DNA from: Azolla caroliniana | Taxonomy: Eukaryota > Plantae > Polypodiophyta | Direction: 5' to 3' | DNA length: 64,000 nt | Assembly (NCBI GenBank): GCA_043228905.1 | Contig: JBHGNT010000005.1 | Location: forward strand, 10,788,001-10,852,000 | Part shown: in pieces, positions 1-13,956 of the stretch | Layout: every line of letters begins with the position of its first letter | Numbering within the stretch: the stretch's first letter is position 1 | The notes under the pieces: generated by a model | Told to the model about the DNA's origin: nothing | What the model saw: the letters and a program-made list of their open reading frames with translations, nothing else | The model's database searches: none | Made by a program: the position numbers and the translations under genes

Positions 1-665
1 GCTCTAAACATACATCCACTGGATATAGTCCTTTTATGTTGATGTATGGTTTTCAGTCACGTGCCCCAGTTGATGTCACGATTCATTGTGATACATTAGA
101 CAGTACACGCAATTTTTTGCAAGACATGAACCAAATGTTGCATATTGCCAAAGAAAATGTCAAGACAGCTCAAGATCGTGCTCGATTTTATGCTGATCAG
201 GATAGACGTCCTCGTGCATTTACTATTGGTCAAAAAGTTTTTTTGCGTGTCCCGACTGATTCTACGTCATTATCTACGGGCAAGTGCGCTAAGTTAGCCC
301 CACGATATTGTGGCCCATTTGAAATCCTTAAGCGAGTTGGGTCATCTGCTTATCACCTTGCCTTACCTCGTAACGTTGGTATTCATCCTGTTTTTCACGT
401 CAGTCGTCTAAAACCATTTTTAGGCTCTGGTGATAACACCATCACAATCCAAGATCTTGTAACATTAGAGGATTTTTCTTACAAACCTCATGTTCCTGAA
501 CGAATTCTTGATTCTCGTACTAAACGTTTACGTTCTAAAGAGATTCGGCTATTCAAGATCAAATGGATGGATAAACCTATTGATGATGCCACATGGGAAC
601 GCGAGCATTCGCTTAAGGCACAATTTCCTCACTTTATATTGCAAGAGTGCAATCTTTTGAAGTAG
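1..665 (+). CDS. 3' end of Ty3/gypsy (chromovirus) pol: integrase C-terminus with GPY/F motif and chromodomain (5'-truncated by window)
   Basis: ORF 36-665 has KLAPRYCGPF, IHPVFHVSRLK and chromodomain-like PERILDSR...FKIKW...DATWE; TAG is followed by the purine tract GGGGAG and then TG. Confidence 0.9.
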   Translation, partial: SKHTSTGYSPFMLMYGFQSRAPVDVTIHCDTLDSTRNFLQDMNQMLHIAKENVKTAQDRARFYADQDRRPRAFTIGQKVFLRVPTDSTSLSTGKCAKLAPRYCGPFEILKRVGSSAYHLALPRNVGIHPVFHVSRLKPFLGSGDNTITIQDLVTLEDFSYKPHVPERILDSRTKRLRSKEIRLFKIKWMDKPIDDATWEREHSLKAQFPHFILQECNLLK

Positions 666-672
666 GGGAGTA

Positions 673-1146
673 TGTTATGTACACATAACGTTGGTGAGTG
701 TAGGTCACTAATATTTACATTAGTGAAGGGTATGTTCACTATTATTAAAAAGGGGACTAATGATTGGATAGAATGAATGATATGTGCATGCACTATCATG
801 ATTTAGACAACCAATGAATAGAGAGCCTTTTAGAAAGGCACATCTATTCAAGGGGCCTAGGAAAAGGTATAAATATGAGGCTTAGCTACCCTCATAGAGA
901 GCATCACGTCGGAAGGCTGCTGTCGTAGACACCGGTGGTGCGGGCTAGGCTTTCGTCTCGACGATCGTGTTTATCTCTTCCAAGGTATTAGTCATCCTAA
1001 TATCCGGCGGTATGGGACGTCGGTGGTAGGTTGGCTATGTCTAGATCATAGCTCGGGGGTGGTCGGGTGGAACGGGTTCTTCTATCCAATCTATTTTCTT
1101 CCTTTTTACTTGATTTGGTCTATTGATTAGTAATAGACTCTTAACA
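673..1146 (+). repeat. 3' LTR of the chromovirus
   Basis: Starts TGTTA right after the PPT, ends TAACA (terminal inverted repeat), and has TATAAAT at about 868. Confidence 0.75.
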
Positions 1147-3327
1147 ATTTTGGATGGCAACCCTTGAACTCTTTTTTGTTGTTGACATTGTTGTAGTGCT
1201 TGATAGTAAACCCTTGAACTCTTTTTTGTTGTTGACATTGTTGTAGTGCTTGATAGTGCTTGAAGTAGACACTCTGTCGTTGTACAGTTGTTTGTAAATG
1301 GTTGGTGTGTCATTTTTCCAAATAGATAGCTTTCACACATGAAATCTGAATTGAAGATTTTGGATGGCAACCCTTGAACTCTTTTTTGTTGTTGACATTG
1401 TTGTAGTGCTTGATAGTGTACATGCCCAAGCCGGCAATGCCATAATTGAGTTAGTGAAGATCTTTTCTTGTGATTTTGCAGGACTGCTGAGAATGCATTT
1501 GGAGGATGACTCTGTATTTGATATAAGTGCTTCTCCTTGGGACACACCAACTGTGTACTTGTGTTTCCATTTTTGAAAAATAGAATTGCTTTCTCTTTAC
1601 AGAATTGTATTATTAGTCCGTCTACAGTTGCTTGTCCAACTGATAACAGGTGCTTAGCTAGTCCTGGTACATAATAGACATTTGGGACTGTAATCTCGTG
1701 ATTATCTAACAATCTGAGTTGATTGCTTCCTTTGCCGATTGTTGTTTTCCGTTTGTTGTCTCCAAAAGTAACTGACAGTGGGTTGGACAAAATCTAATAG
1801 AAATTTAACCAGTCCTTCTGATATGTGAGGTGATGTGTAGCTCCAATCTCTAGGTACCATGTATCATGTTCAGTTTTTGTCTCTTCTGCAATGACATGAT
1901 ATGCTCACAAAATATTGTCATCTTCTGTAATTTCATCCGAATCTCCTCCAAATTCCGTGTATTCTTCTGACTTCGAGTTTGATTTTTCTTCTAATGTTGC
2001 ATTATTTGCTTATGATTGTCTTTTGTTTTCCACAGCGTGCTTGAATTGACACCTTTTCTGTATGCCCTTCTTTCTTACAGTATCTGCAAATCAATTTGAA
2101 ACCACCATTGGACTATTTTGTTGAAGCTTTCCAAGCATCATTTACCTTGATGGTACTTGATATTTCTGCACTTCTGTAAGCATCTGATTTAGCTCTATAT
2201 CTATTATTATAAGGTGATTTTTGTGTTTTGCTAAATGATGCAGTCATTGCCAAAGACATAGTGGATTCTTTTAATTGCCGCTGAAGTTTTTCATGGCGGA
2301 TCTTGGTAATCAAATCAGACAAAGAATCACCTTGACTATTCATGGTGACAAACGTACTCCAGGATTCTTGAAGTTTACTCAATAACAACCCAATCTTCAT
2401 TTCTTTTGAGATTTCATTTCCCGCAATGGTGGCTTCTTCGAGATGTCTCCCGGGTATCCAAGAAGATAAGAACATCCTCTTCTTCCTGCAAAACACACAT
2501 GTGAAACAGGATAGCAAGAGTATGGATTTTAGTAGTACCATCTTGTGGTTCAAACATTTGATTTAGTTTGGACCACATTTCTGCTGTAGTTGCAAGTTTT
2601 CGAATGGCATCAGCTTGCTTGTCTTCTACCTGTAGCAGTATTTCGAGCTTTGCCCTTTTGTCTTTGTTTTTTCCAATCTTTCTATGCTTCTAATTGTGTA
2701 TTTTTCGATGCTTGACAAGTAGCTCCTATAGATCAAGTAGTAGCTCCATCCTTGGTTTCCAAATTCTGTAGTTCTTTGTGGTAAGTTTATCTACCAAGTA
2801 TTCCCTTGTTTGAGTGGAGCTTGCCATAATGCTAAGGTGGTTGTCTTTTGCTATGTATATATATATTTTTATATATATATTTGAACAACAAAAACAGAGT
2901 ATGGAGCGGGTGATATATTTCTAGGTATCGTACTACTAACGCTCTAATACCATGTTAGGATTTTGACATGGGGTACAAGGTTATGTGAAACAAGAATTAT
3001 GGAACAACTTGGGATACAAATCAGAAATTTGATTAACAAAAACACACTACTAATACAACTGAGAGAGATGGCTAAAGGATGCAAGGATGCAAAGCACACC
3101 AAACAAGTTCCCAACTTCCTCTTTATATAGCAAAGGATCTAGAGAGAAAAAACGAGGTAAACTTTTGAAATACAAAAACTAAAATAAACCTAATAAAAAA
3201 ACTGAAATACAACTAGTGTGAAACCGTTTCCTTTTACTAATAATAACTTGGGGTGTGGGGTTATATTTAATAATTAACTAAGTAGTTGCTTATTGACATA
3301 TAAATTAGTTAATTATAACTTCTAACA
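1147..3327 (-). mobile_element. Degenerate Ty1/copia 5' half (LTR, PBS, gag, protease, GAG-pre-integrase)
   Basis: LTR 3327-2953; PBS TGGTATTAGAGC (tRNA-iMet type) 2952-2941; gag start MASSTQ...DKLTTKNYRIWK at 2827; NVYYVPGLAKHLLSVGQ and LWHCRLGH in ORF 1041-1790; many stops and frameshifts. Confidence 0.85.
2953..3327 (-). repeat. 5' LTR of copia remnant (375 bp)
   Basis: TGTTAG...CTAACA termini adjacent to the PBS. Confidence 0.8.
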
Positions 3328-6300
3328 TATAATGCCTCATTAATAATTAATGGATCATTACATACATCTGATGTGATTGAGGGGAAATGAAGTGTTGAGG
3401 ATGAGAAGCCAGTTTCAAAGTTATGTTCCACAATAAGAACATCTAATTTGTTGGTGTGATCATAGAGTTGACAACTTTCGTTGAACTAGGTGATGCCAAA
3501 TTGTTATATATAATTACTAGTACGTTCTACACATTCTTCATTACTGGAAAATGAAGTATTTGTACATCCAAAGATTTTTCATTATGAAAAATTAGATGAT
3601 AATTAAAGATACTTTTAGTTTGATTAGGATTGGGGCATGTGGATCAATTTGTTGTGATTGAAGCATTGTTGGAAAGCCATGTATTAACTTTTGGTGAATT
3701 GCGACTTATTAAAATTGATGAAGTTGATTCGCCACTTTTTTGCACCTGCCGTGAAATGGGCGTAAAGCCTCCCAAAAGGTTCTACTCGATTAAATTAACC
3801 CTTTCTTGAATTTTCTGTAAGGATTTTGGTACGGTGTTGGATTTGATGAAGTTGATAAAGCCTATCAAGAAGTTCTAATCAATGTCCAAGGTGTGAGTAC
3901 CCATGAGATATTAGGATATTATGACATTTTCATCAAATACCAATAGTCGATCGAGTATAAAGCTTCTTGGCTATTAGGTCATATACTCGATAAACCTTAT
4001 AACCACGAGTGATATTCGCAATACCCAATGAATTATAGTGTATACTCGAGATTATCTAATATAAGGTATGAGTTAAAATGCTAGATATCCATATTATGGC
4101 ATCCATGAGGTGCCTCAGGGTCAATTGAGACCCATCCTCAACAACTTAGGTTACTTGCGTCCTCGCTCATATTTCAAAAACAGGCAACTATATTCGTGAC
4201 AGTAAGTGAAAATAAAGGTAATATCACATGGATGTTCTATTCCTGAACCGATACTTTACACTAGTTTTATAGATGCCCTAAGTAATTACGATTAAGGAGA
4301 ATGATAAAAGAGATGGTTTAACTCAAGATTATACATTTGGATAGTTTTGAGTGATATAGAAAAAAGAGCCTTAACAGTGTGAGTAGTCCTGGCTATCTCC
4401 CTCCTCCAAGGGGAGGGCTCGGAAGGCTATTTAGTGGCAACCCGAACGATACTGTAAAGAGCACCGCCAAGGCTTCATTCCCAAACAACTCACAGAGAAC
4501 CTCCTCCTTTGTTGTATGACAACAGTATATCATTATATATATGCTACAACATCTTTAGAACACGCGATTTGGGTTACTTGTGAGCCGGACACATAACCTA
4601 CACATGCATTACAACTTAGAGATCCATTGCAATAGACCTCCGAGCGTTTAATATCCTAGTAATAGAGCCCATACAACAGAATTGGTACAATAGCTTGGAT
4701 TTACCTCAGAGATCTTGGTGGATATAAATCATCAGGTAGCTTTAGAAAAGCTATCAAGAGTAGCAAATATATAGAATCGTATCTACATCACCGGCAAATC
4801 CAAACGCCCTCAAAAAGTAACGACATTCACGATCTAGCCCACAGCATTACGAAATGAGACCATTAATCTAGAAAGAGGATGCTCTCTGGAAGAAGGCAAA
4901 CCAAACAGACAGAAACAAATCTAACCACGACATGCAAATGAAAGACTCTAGAATCGCACGTTCATTGTGCCTCAGAGACTGTGATATTTCTCTTTCGTCA
5001 GCGAGACATCAGATGACACACACAACAATTAGATTCTCATCACGGGCGTTCCTGGCTCGCTGTTCTCTTTATCACTTGACTGACACTTACGCCATTGCTT
5101 TCTCCATCTCCCACCTCTATACTTCTGCTAAAGCTAAACACAGAAAGGAAACCCTAACTACGGTGAGGCAGAGCATAGTTTTTATAAGAGGCTGCTCTTC
5201 CCTGCCATTTGTTTCACACTTGTGTCCGGACATCTCATCTCAATCAAAACTTGTGTCCGGACATCGTCTCAATTTGCCTTGCCTTGAAACCTGGAGGCTG
5301 ATACATACATACATAATCAACTCTCTTCCGGGGAAAAGACTACTTACTTACTCGCTGGCATGGGTTATCTCTTGCTTGGAGCATGAGGACGGTCTTGGGG
5401 AAATTTTTCGGGAGGTTTTTTTTGTATGCATGAATTTTATGAGTGGATACCATAAACTTATACCTTTCTTTAGTTCATATTTCTAGCTATCAAATTTGAA
5501 CACTTGGATCCATATTTATAGCGAGCGAGCAAAGACACTATTGTCCAAAATTGAACACTACATAGTAAATATTCAAGCTCTTTATCTACTTAACCGAGTG
5601 GTAATTTGTAGCATCTTGTATTTGGCTAAACCATCTTGATATGTTTTAAGGCAATACAAGTTCAGAGCAATTCTCCGTGATATCGAGGTGCTCTACCAAC
5701 TCTCTTATTATGACTTCAATACTCACCTATTTGTACCATTTTGAATGAATAAAATGGACCCTTCTCCCACCTATCACCTCCTCCAACATGTTGAGCTATC
5801 AACAACATGCCATCAACATTGCCATTGAAAGTCGCAAAGTTAATGTATCATTATCCATGCCTATTGGATTATGTATGAGACAAAATGACAACAACAAGTT
5901 TTATCACTGCAACATGTCTATATATGTGAATTTTAGAATTGATAATGAAAACTATTTGCTAGTACTCGATGGCTTTAGCGTCTAACATCTTGTTCCTCCG
6001 TTTGATGTAAATCGAGTATATTCATAAGTATATTCCAATAATTACAATATTAAGCAAGCATATAAGCAACATAAGTGAAGCCCATCGTGAACCAATCAAC
6101 CACCCCTACTCATTGTCAATTTGAATTGACAAATACAATTAATCCAACAAATTTCATCTTTTTTAATTATGTTATATAACAAATTTCAAGACTTCATAAA
6201 ACAATTCAAGGTAGATATGGGAAGAAACTTCTTCTTTTCCCTTTCATTCCTACAAGAGAAAAGTTTCAATTTGATATCAAGATTCTTGTGCCAATATTTT

Positions 6301-6776
6301 GCTTGGCATTGTCGACATGTCACTTCTTTTTCCTTCTATACTATACAACCGAGTTGTCTTCTTTTTCTTTCCACCAGCTACCTTTGCTTTTGTAATCTCC
6401 TCCATTTGTCTTTCCAAACTAAACTTTTGTGCAGTTCAGGAAATCTTGTTACAGCTTGAGGATGCATCCAAGATAGCAAAATTTCTTGATTGAATTGAAC
6501 CAAACTTGAGCCCAAGATTAACCATTCACATTGAACGAGACGACTATTTTCAGAATCAACACCATTATTTGTGTGAAGTTGGCAACCAAATACAATGTTG
6601 GCTATAATTTCATATATGTATACAAATCTGAATTACAGATATTTAGGTAAATGGCTTGAAAATGCCGGCAAACACAGTGATGGTCCAATCATATACATGT
6701 CTTCATGTGAAAGAAATAACTAGGGCGCCTGTCTTTCCATTGCACTTGGGTTTGACAAGACAAAAATTCATGTGAG

Positions 6777-7877
6777 TCACTCTGAGAATGCCTTCACTTC
6801 ATTTTTATTTACAACATTGTTTGATTGACTTCCATTTGGAAGCACTGGGATGGTGATCTTCTCTGCTTTTATAACCTCTGGTACAAGGTTCAGTATTCTG
6901 TCAATTTCCCGCTGAAAGTCGGCCTTCCTCCGATTGCTCTTGCCTCCAATAACAAGTAAATCGCCATCTTGTAATGCCCATACCTGAGATGCATATCTTT
7001 TTATTAGATAGATACAAAGCTAGTATATATATAGAATACAATGAGGTTGAAGGCTTTGCCTGTATATGGGAGAGATAACTTATCAAAGTTGTCAACATTA
7101 AGGTACCGAACCCTGCATAGACCACTGGAACCCCTGGATCCAACTAAAGAGACAAAAAAAACATGGTTTTCAATGAAGCAGAATTTATAACAGAGAATAA
7201 AAATCAGATATACAACCTAATACAAAGATCAAATATAAAACTAACAAGCCACCTAAACACGCTATCCCTTGAGATAGAGTGTATACAATGAATTAACTTC
7301 TACCATACTGCCATTCTGAGATAGACTTTGAAAGTCTCTTGCGGCAATTAAAAATCATACCTTTAGTTCAAGCCCAGTACTTCCAATAACATCATCTATG
7401 AGAATCGTAACACCATCAACAGTTATTGGTCGATCTGATCCACTTCGTCTCACACCAACAAACGCCCCCGTAGAATCATATATGACCACAGATTGTAGAT
7501 CACGAGCCAGAATTGAGCTGCTTTGCAAAGATCTCTTAAATTACTAAAATGCATCAAATGATGATTAATAATTATGACCAAATAGAATAGGTAGGTATTT
7601 TACTCACATGCCCTTAGGAGGCTCATTTGAATTGGTGTCACCAATTGGCAAGAAAGTTCCAAATAGTTTACTATCACCAGTCTGTAGAGCTGCTGCAACT
7701 AGATTAAAAGGACCCTCTCCATCAACATGTACTTGAATAACTGAAATTCCCCAATCTGTTTGGTACATAGTAAAGCCGCCATAACGTAAAGGGTCATTCA
7801 CACTCATTACCTTTCTGCTTACTTCTCGCCCCCTTGAATCAAAAAGTGATAGGTCGGAGTGAAATTGTGACACCTGG

Positions 7878-7948
<71 letters not shown>

Positions 7949-10132
7949 CCCAATTGCATTTTTTTTCTCTGTAAAGGAAGTCTCTATACTTAAATTTAGC
8001 ATGACAAAAGAACTCTTCGTAGAGTATCACGATTTCTACCTTTTTACATAGTAAACCAACCTAATCGTAGGAAGACAACCTAGTAGTTCCTTCAGAACAT
8101 CAAAAAAACATTCAACAAACTGACATTTGAATGTACCTGTCCATTTTCATAAGAGTCAATGAAGAATTTGTTGACATGGACTTCAGTATCAAATGTATAT
8201 GGAACATGGGATAAGAATCCATTAGGGTACATGACATCAGCTACTAAAAAATTTAGACCCTCTGGTACCATTATAGATCCATGAAATCCTCCGGTGGTAC
8301 TAAAAGCTGCACCTCCCATGATTAACAATAGAGCTGCATGAACACCAATAGGTGCAAATCTACCAGCAAGACCTTTAAAAGCATACAATGCAGAGTCCTT
8401 CACAAAAACCTACAATAAAGAACGCAAAGCTACTATTAATCATTTTCAAAGGAATTCCATATAGCTCTAGAACATAATGAATATTCTTACTTGGTATTGT
8501 TCGGCAACCAAAAGTGCACCAAAATCATCCAAACGAGCCTTTGGCAATACCTCATTAAAATCCAACTTGGAAATGGATGCCTTCGAGGTGTTAAACCTCC
8601 ACCTGTAAGACGCAGCCATATTTTCAGTTTTTATATTCTTGTTTCCAATAATCTGAAGATAAGGCTCAATGATAGTATAAATTCACAAATAATGTGAGCA
8701 ATTATTTCCCTCAGGTTAGCACTTCATGTGTTCAAATTGCTTTGTTTCTAACTTGTAATCCAATGATGCAACTTACTCAACCTTGTGGAGGGTGATATAT
8801 GCATTACTAAATAAGATTCTCCTCTTTAAATAAAAAGTTACGGCGGGAGAAAGAGTAGTGTGTACCTGCGAGCAACTTTCACGAGTGGGAATTGACGTGT
8901 TGATGTGCATGCTATGAGAGACAAAGCTAGAAGTACAAGAAGACCCAAGAAACCTGGTGAAGTATACATGTGATCAAGGTTGAGTCTTAAGACCCAGTCA
9001 CCATTAAAGATGCCAAAAGCACGATCTTCTGAGAATTTCTGAATGTAAAACTCTCTGCTTTGTCCCTGCTCTATAAGTGTGCCTGGGGCCAATGATAAGA
9101 ATGCATTAATATTGAGACCCATAAATGTATGTATATCACTTCTTTCCATGCAGTGAATGCAGAAAAAAGGGCGGAAAGAGAACAAGCTTTCAACTTTGAC
9201 TATCTAGAGATCCATTGACCCTTGGAAACAAGTTAGATAAAGAGCGGATCAATTAGAGATTCAACATGAAAATTAATATACAATAGAAAAGCTTATACTT
9301 TTCTTAGTTGTATGACTTTGCAAGCTAGTTTCTCTAAAAACAAAATGATTTCCTATTAAAGAGGTAATGCTAAGTGAAAACTCTAATACAGTAAAAACAG
9401 ATTGGGTTTATGGTTTTTCAACCCAGGCTTTCAAAATGATAGATTGCTTCGTAATGAAACAACAATTCTTACTATTTTTAGGGTTTTTCAAATCAATACG
9501 TTGCCTCTTAGAGGGAGAGCGAGAGGGAGAGGGAGAGGGAGAGGGAGAGAATGCTAATAGATTTTCTTGGTTTTATGGTTTTCAAAATTATGTCCTTGCT
9601 AAGATGAAATAAAGTAATATATGCGTGCGTGAGTGTATCTAGGAGAGGGGCACTGTGGCATACCTACAGCGCATAAAGCTGCGATGACAGCAAGTTCAGC
9701 TAATGCCAGAGGGAAAGACGCAAGGGATCTCACTGTGTTTCTACTCACTTTCGTTAGGAAAGCCAGCAGTGCTGGAGGTTTAGTAGCCACGAAGCTTTGT
9801 TTCTCCCTCCCATTCTTCTCCTCGACCACGCGTTCTTTAGCAGAACGTGCAGGAACAGATGGTTTCTTCAGCGTTTCTTCAATGGACTTGGTGGATGTGG
9901 AAGAAGAGGGAATCGGCTTCTGCTGCGGTTTCCCGACGTTCTCTGCATTGCGGTTAGCGCAGAAGAAGAACAAACGGGGTGCATACTTGGATGTAGGGAA
10001 GCCATGGCCAGTAGGTGGAGCCAGGAGATTCCTTCCAAACATGCTGCTGGTCTTCATCCTCTTGTTGCTGTTCTTGTGGTGGTGATGGTGATTGGTGGTG
10101 ATGGAGGTGAATGTGAGAAGGCGAGCTTCCAT
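6777..10132 (-). CDS. CCS1: Cytochrome c biogenesis protein CCS1, chloroplastic (ResB family), about 594 aa; exons 10132-9664, 9082-8866, 8602-8491, 8409-8137, 7873-7608, 7517-7361, 7143-7060, 6983-6777
   Basis: Phase-consistent exons join into one ORF (1785 nt). Transit-peptide-like N-terminus, then GTLIEQG, LDHMYTSPGF, ACTSTRQFP, KGLAGRFAPIGVH, QFHSDLS, SVNDPLRYGG.T.YQTDW, GLELKLDPGVPVVYAGF and VWALQ...GGKSNR, all typical of plant CCS1. Confidence 0.95.
7883..7945. repeat. (CT)n microsatellite in CCS1 intron 4, read as (GA)n in the pre-mRNA
   Basis: About 31 perfect units. Confidence 0.95.
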
Positions 10133-10296
10133 AGCTCTTGCTCTCCTCAGCAGAGGACCGCTGCCCCCCCTCCCTCCCTCTCTGTTTCTGTCTCCTCCTG
10201 CCTCTCAATTATCCATATCTGTGAACCATGGCTATCCATCCATTCATCCCTCCCTGGTTCTTCACGCTTTCCTTCATAACTTATCCGCAGAGAAAC

Positions 10297-10420
10297 AAAT
10301 ACATGATACATATATGATATATCATTATAATTTATATATGTACATATGCGCTGAGCTAGATGGCTATACAATTTCTACATACACATACATATATACATAT
10401 ATACATACATATATACATAT

Positions 10421-10451
<31 letters not shown>

Positions 10452-10476
10452 CATATATACATACATATATACATAT

Positions 10477-10513
<37 letters not shown>

Positions 10514-10745
10514 GTATGTATGTATGTATGTATGTACATAATGCAATGCGACCACTACCGGTACAATCAATCACATTCAATGTCTCTGTGTTTTTTGGTC
10601 TCCCTTAGACCACATTGGCCTTCTTTCCCAACGTCCCATCCACACACATACATAGACGTGGCATTTCTCATACCTCCATCGATATATCTCGATTCTCTAC
10701 CTACACACACATGTATGTATGTATGTATGTACATACGTATGTATG
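10297..10745. repeat. (TA)n/(TACA)n/(TATG)n compound microsatellite upstream of CCS1
   Basis: Low-complexity tracts visible directly in the sequence. Confidence 0.9.
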
Positions 10746-10869
10746 CATGTCTCGATTCCTTCGCCCCTGCCCCCCTTTGTGTTGAGAGTTGGTTGCGCCA
10801 AGAGAAGCTCGTCCTTCTAGCCACCAAACATTGCCCTCCCCTTTGGCAATTGTCAGCATACTAGGTTAA

Positions 10870-12100
10870 CGAAACGCGTGAGATTCCATCCCGTATCATG
10901 TGTGATTCCATAATGTTTGGGTATGTAGAGTGTGCAACCAACCCAAGCTTTTGTAGGCCCAACATAGGTTGGTAAAAATGCTCCATTTCACATCAAAAAT
11001 GTGTTCCTCTATAGGGTACATCAACATACACAAATCACCTCCATCCTAATTGTACTTGCATTTGTTTCAGATGATGAGGTTGACATTCTTGTACTTAATA
11101 TATAATCATATCGCTGACATGGAAATGCTAAGTATACCACATTTCTATCAACGATGATGATTGTGGGTGTAACTGACATCTCTTATAAATGAGGAGAATG
11201 GATTTACCAACCTTTATATGGGGCAACCTATGTATTGAGGCGCTAAGACTAATCAAATTTTTTCCATTCCATTACGAATGTACTTAGATGTAACTTTTGT
11301 CATCTACTACTTTTTGGGTGATGTTGTGTTACCACCACCAAACCAAGTCATATGTGGTTTTCATTAATTCTAGGTTGAAGTGAAGTTATAACAATGTACT
11401 CATGTCACCATGTCCCCCCTCCATGAATTAAAACATTTAACTTGTCATGAATGACATCTATCACCTCCCTAATTGATCCTCAACACCTATAAATTTGCAC
11501 TTGATTACATGCATAGTCTAATTTAATTGAATGTTGAATCATATTTAACTTGGTCACATCATTATTGTAAGGGCTCTCAATCTCCACTATAATAGCAACA
11601 CCAACTTTTTTTTATCATGTTCACATGTTTTCATGTTGAAATCACTGCCAACTATATACATAATTTTCTAGAAGATTGAAGAATGGGAAAATGCATGTGA
11701 CACACACTTTTGATGATATTTCACGAGACAATTCAACCTCAACAAACTTGAGATCCCGTGGAAATATGACAATGATACATTTGCAAGGAACAATGTCATG
11801 CTCTAATGTGTTAATTCATTGCAACAACATGGCACAAATTGCTTTATGATAACTACAAGTTTTTCTCGATGACTTTATTTATGCTTCTAATTTGTCACAA
11901 ATTCAAGAACGAGCAAACACAAATTTGAAAGCATGCACTCGTGGTCTGCCCACCCAACATTAGACGCCACAACAATTGCTCATTTGTAAATAAAAACTTG
12001 CATATTAAACACATATTCAATAAGGATCTAGCATGGTAAGCAAGCACTATATGGTGGATAAAAAAGGAAGTACCACAAAGCCCCTTCATCAATAATAGGC
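10870..12100 (-). pseudogene. Possible highly decayed PIF1-like (Helitron) helicase remnant
   Basis: Frameshifted fragments GTSFFIHHIVLAYHARS, LMLGGQTTSACFQI (cf. LLPGGRTAHSRFKI), EKLVVIIKQFVP and GISRV occur in the expected order; similarity is weak. Confidence 0.3.
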
Positions 12101-12383
12101 ATGGAAGTCATTGATATGCCACTCAAATCGTTTGGTTAGCCCTCTGGGGTTCCTCTTATTGTTTCAAGCATGCATGTAATTATTAACATACATACAGGTC
12201 TCATTATCATTGGATGGCAAATTGGTTTGGCACATGATAGGATATATATGTTATTATTTAGACATTCATGGGGCATGAACTCTAGGATGATAAACATGAG
12301 CCCTCCTTGCCATGCCATGGACGCCCATGTATGGATGTTTCCAAACTTGAACGACGACCAAGATGAGAGAGATAGAAGTGTAT

Positions 12384-12427
<44 letters not shown>

Positions 12428-12732
12428 GCATTCCATTCTTCAAAGTCTTCGTCTCTAATTTTCTTACATGGAGGAGGAGGAGGCGGCTCCCTTTTTGTTT
12501 CTTTTTTGGTCCCTAACATGGAAACATGAGAACCGTCTGTCATACGAATACATATGTACAACATATGTATATACATACGAATACATATATAAATACATAT
12601 ACATGTATAGATAGATAGATAGATAGATTAAGATACATAAAAAATACAAGAGCCACCACACCACGTTCGTCCTCTCCATTCCCGCCGTTTTCTGTTTCCC
12701 GCCGTTCCTCCACTCTACTGCACTCCAAAGGC

Positions 12733-13889
12733 ATGGCGACGTCGGACCACACACTGACCGATTACGAGAGGAAGAGGATCCAGAACGTGAAACGCAACGA
12801 GGCCATCATCTCTGCACTTGGCATCCTCACTGATACAAAGGCGAATCTGCAGCTGTCAAGGTAACATTTCTACTCCTCCGCTTCCTTGATCTCAATTCAC
12901 GATATCCTTGGAAATCACCTACGACGGGGGGAGATGTATTAAGCTAATCTCCCAAAATCACTGCTAGGATTTGCATATGTCCGACAAAGAAAGATGTATC
13001 AATGTCTTGTACAATTTAAAATGGTTCATGAGAGTCAACAAGAGGCTACAACAATGTTACCACCGCATGAAATGTTTAATCGTCGGGATAAAATGATGAA
13101 GAGGAAAAGGAAGCATTTTCTTTATCGATACGTTTATGTCAGTTGTGGATATAAATGTATGTATGTATGTATGTACATATTTAAATATCTGGCTAGCCCA
13201 ACTATAAACAATAGACAGTAAAACATAAGTGTAATTAAGGAGTCTCACGAGTGGAAAAAGAGGGAATAATAGCTTTAAACATAGCGAATCATATGCATTG
13301 TGCAATATATGTGTAAAGTATAACAGATGGGTTGCATAACCAAATGAATGAATGAACGAACGAATTAGAGATATATACTCACGATCACTGTCATGTGAGG
13401 GCCAATATTGTGAGAGAAAAAAAGAAAGATATATTGCTGTCTACTTGAGGCTAAAATTGGACTATGAGACAAATCATGATTATGAAAATGGGTGAATTCA
13501 TGTTATCTGCACTGAGGCATATGACAATGCGTGTGCTTTCCCCATTCGGTGAAGAAAATGGTTTTGTAGTTAGATGAAACATATGGAGTATAACGTGTGA
13601 AGCATGAGCCTCCACATTTTTCCCATGTCGTGATACATTGGTGTTGCTGCAAGAAGGCATTGTTCACAGAGGAGTCTATTGGTGCAGCATGAAACAACTG
13701 TGTTGCATCCCATATCCCAAACCATTTTTCCATATCTTGTATCCAACTGGAACACAAAAATTTGCTGTTATGTGTCTTTCGGATCCTTTTACTTGCTTCC
13801 CAAGTGATTCTTTGCAGTCGATATGAGAAACTTCTTTGAACCTTACGCATGTGCTCAACAACCCTTTCCATGACCATGGTCTCAACGGA

Positions 13890-13956
<67 letters not shown>

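Noticed and set aside
3330-5490. Non-genic segment with a TGTGTCCGGACATC direct repeat, a TATA-like motif and a 184-aa ORF
   Set aside because: No termini, TSD or protein motif could be established; probably old TE debris.
5700-6500. CRQCQAKYW and KDKWRRL peptides suggesting a Helitron Rep or Myb remnant
   Set aside because: Short motifs in different frames with many stops; not distinguishable from chance.
10092-10864. Tyr/Ile/His-rich ORFs
   Set aside because: These are translations of TA/TACA microsatellites.
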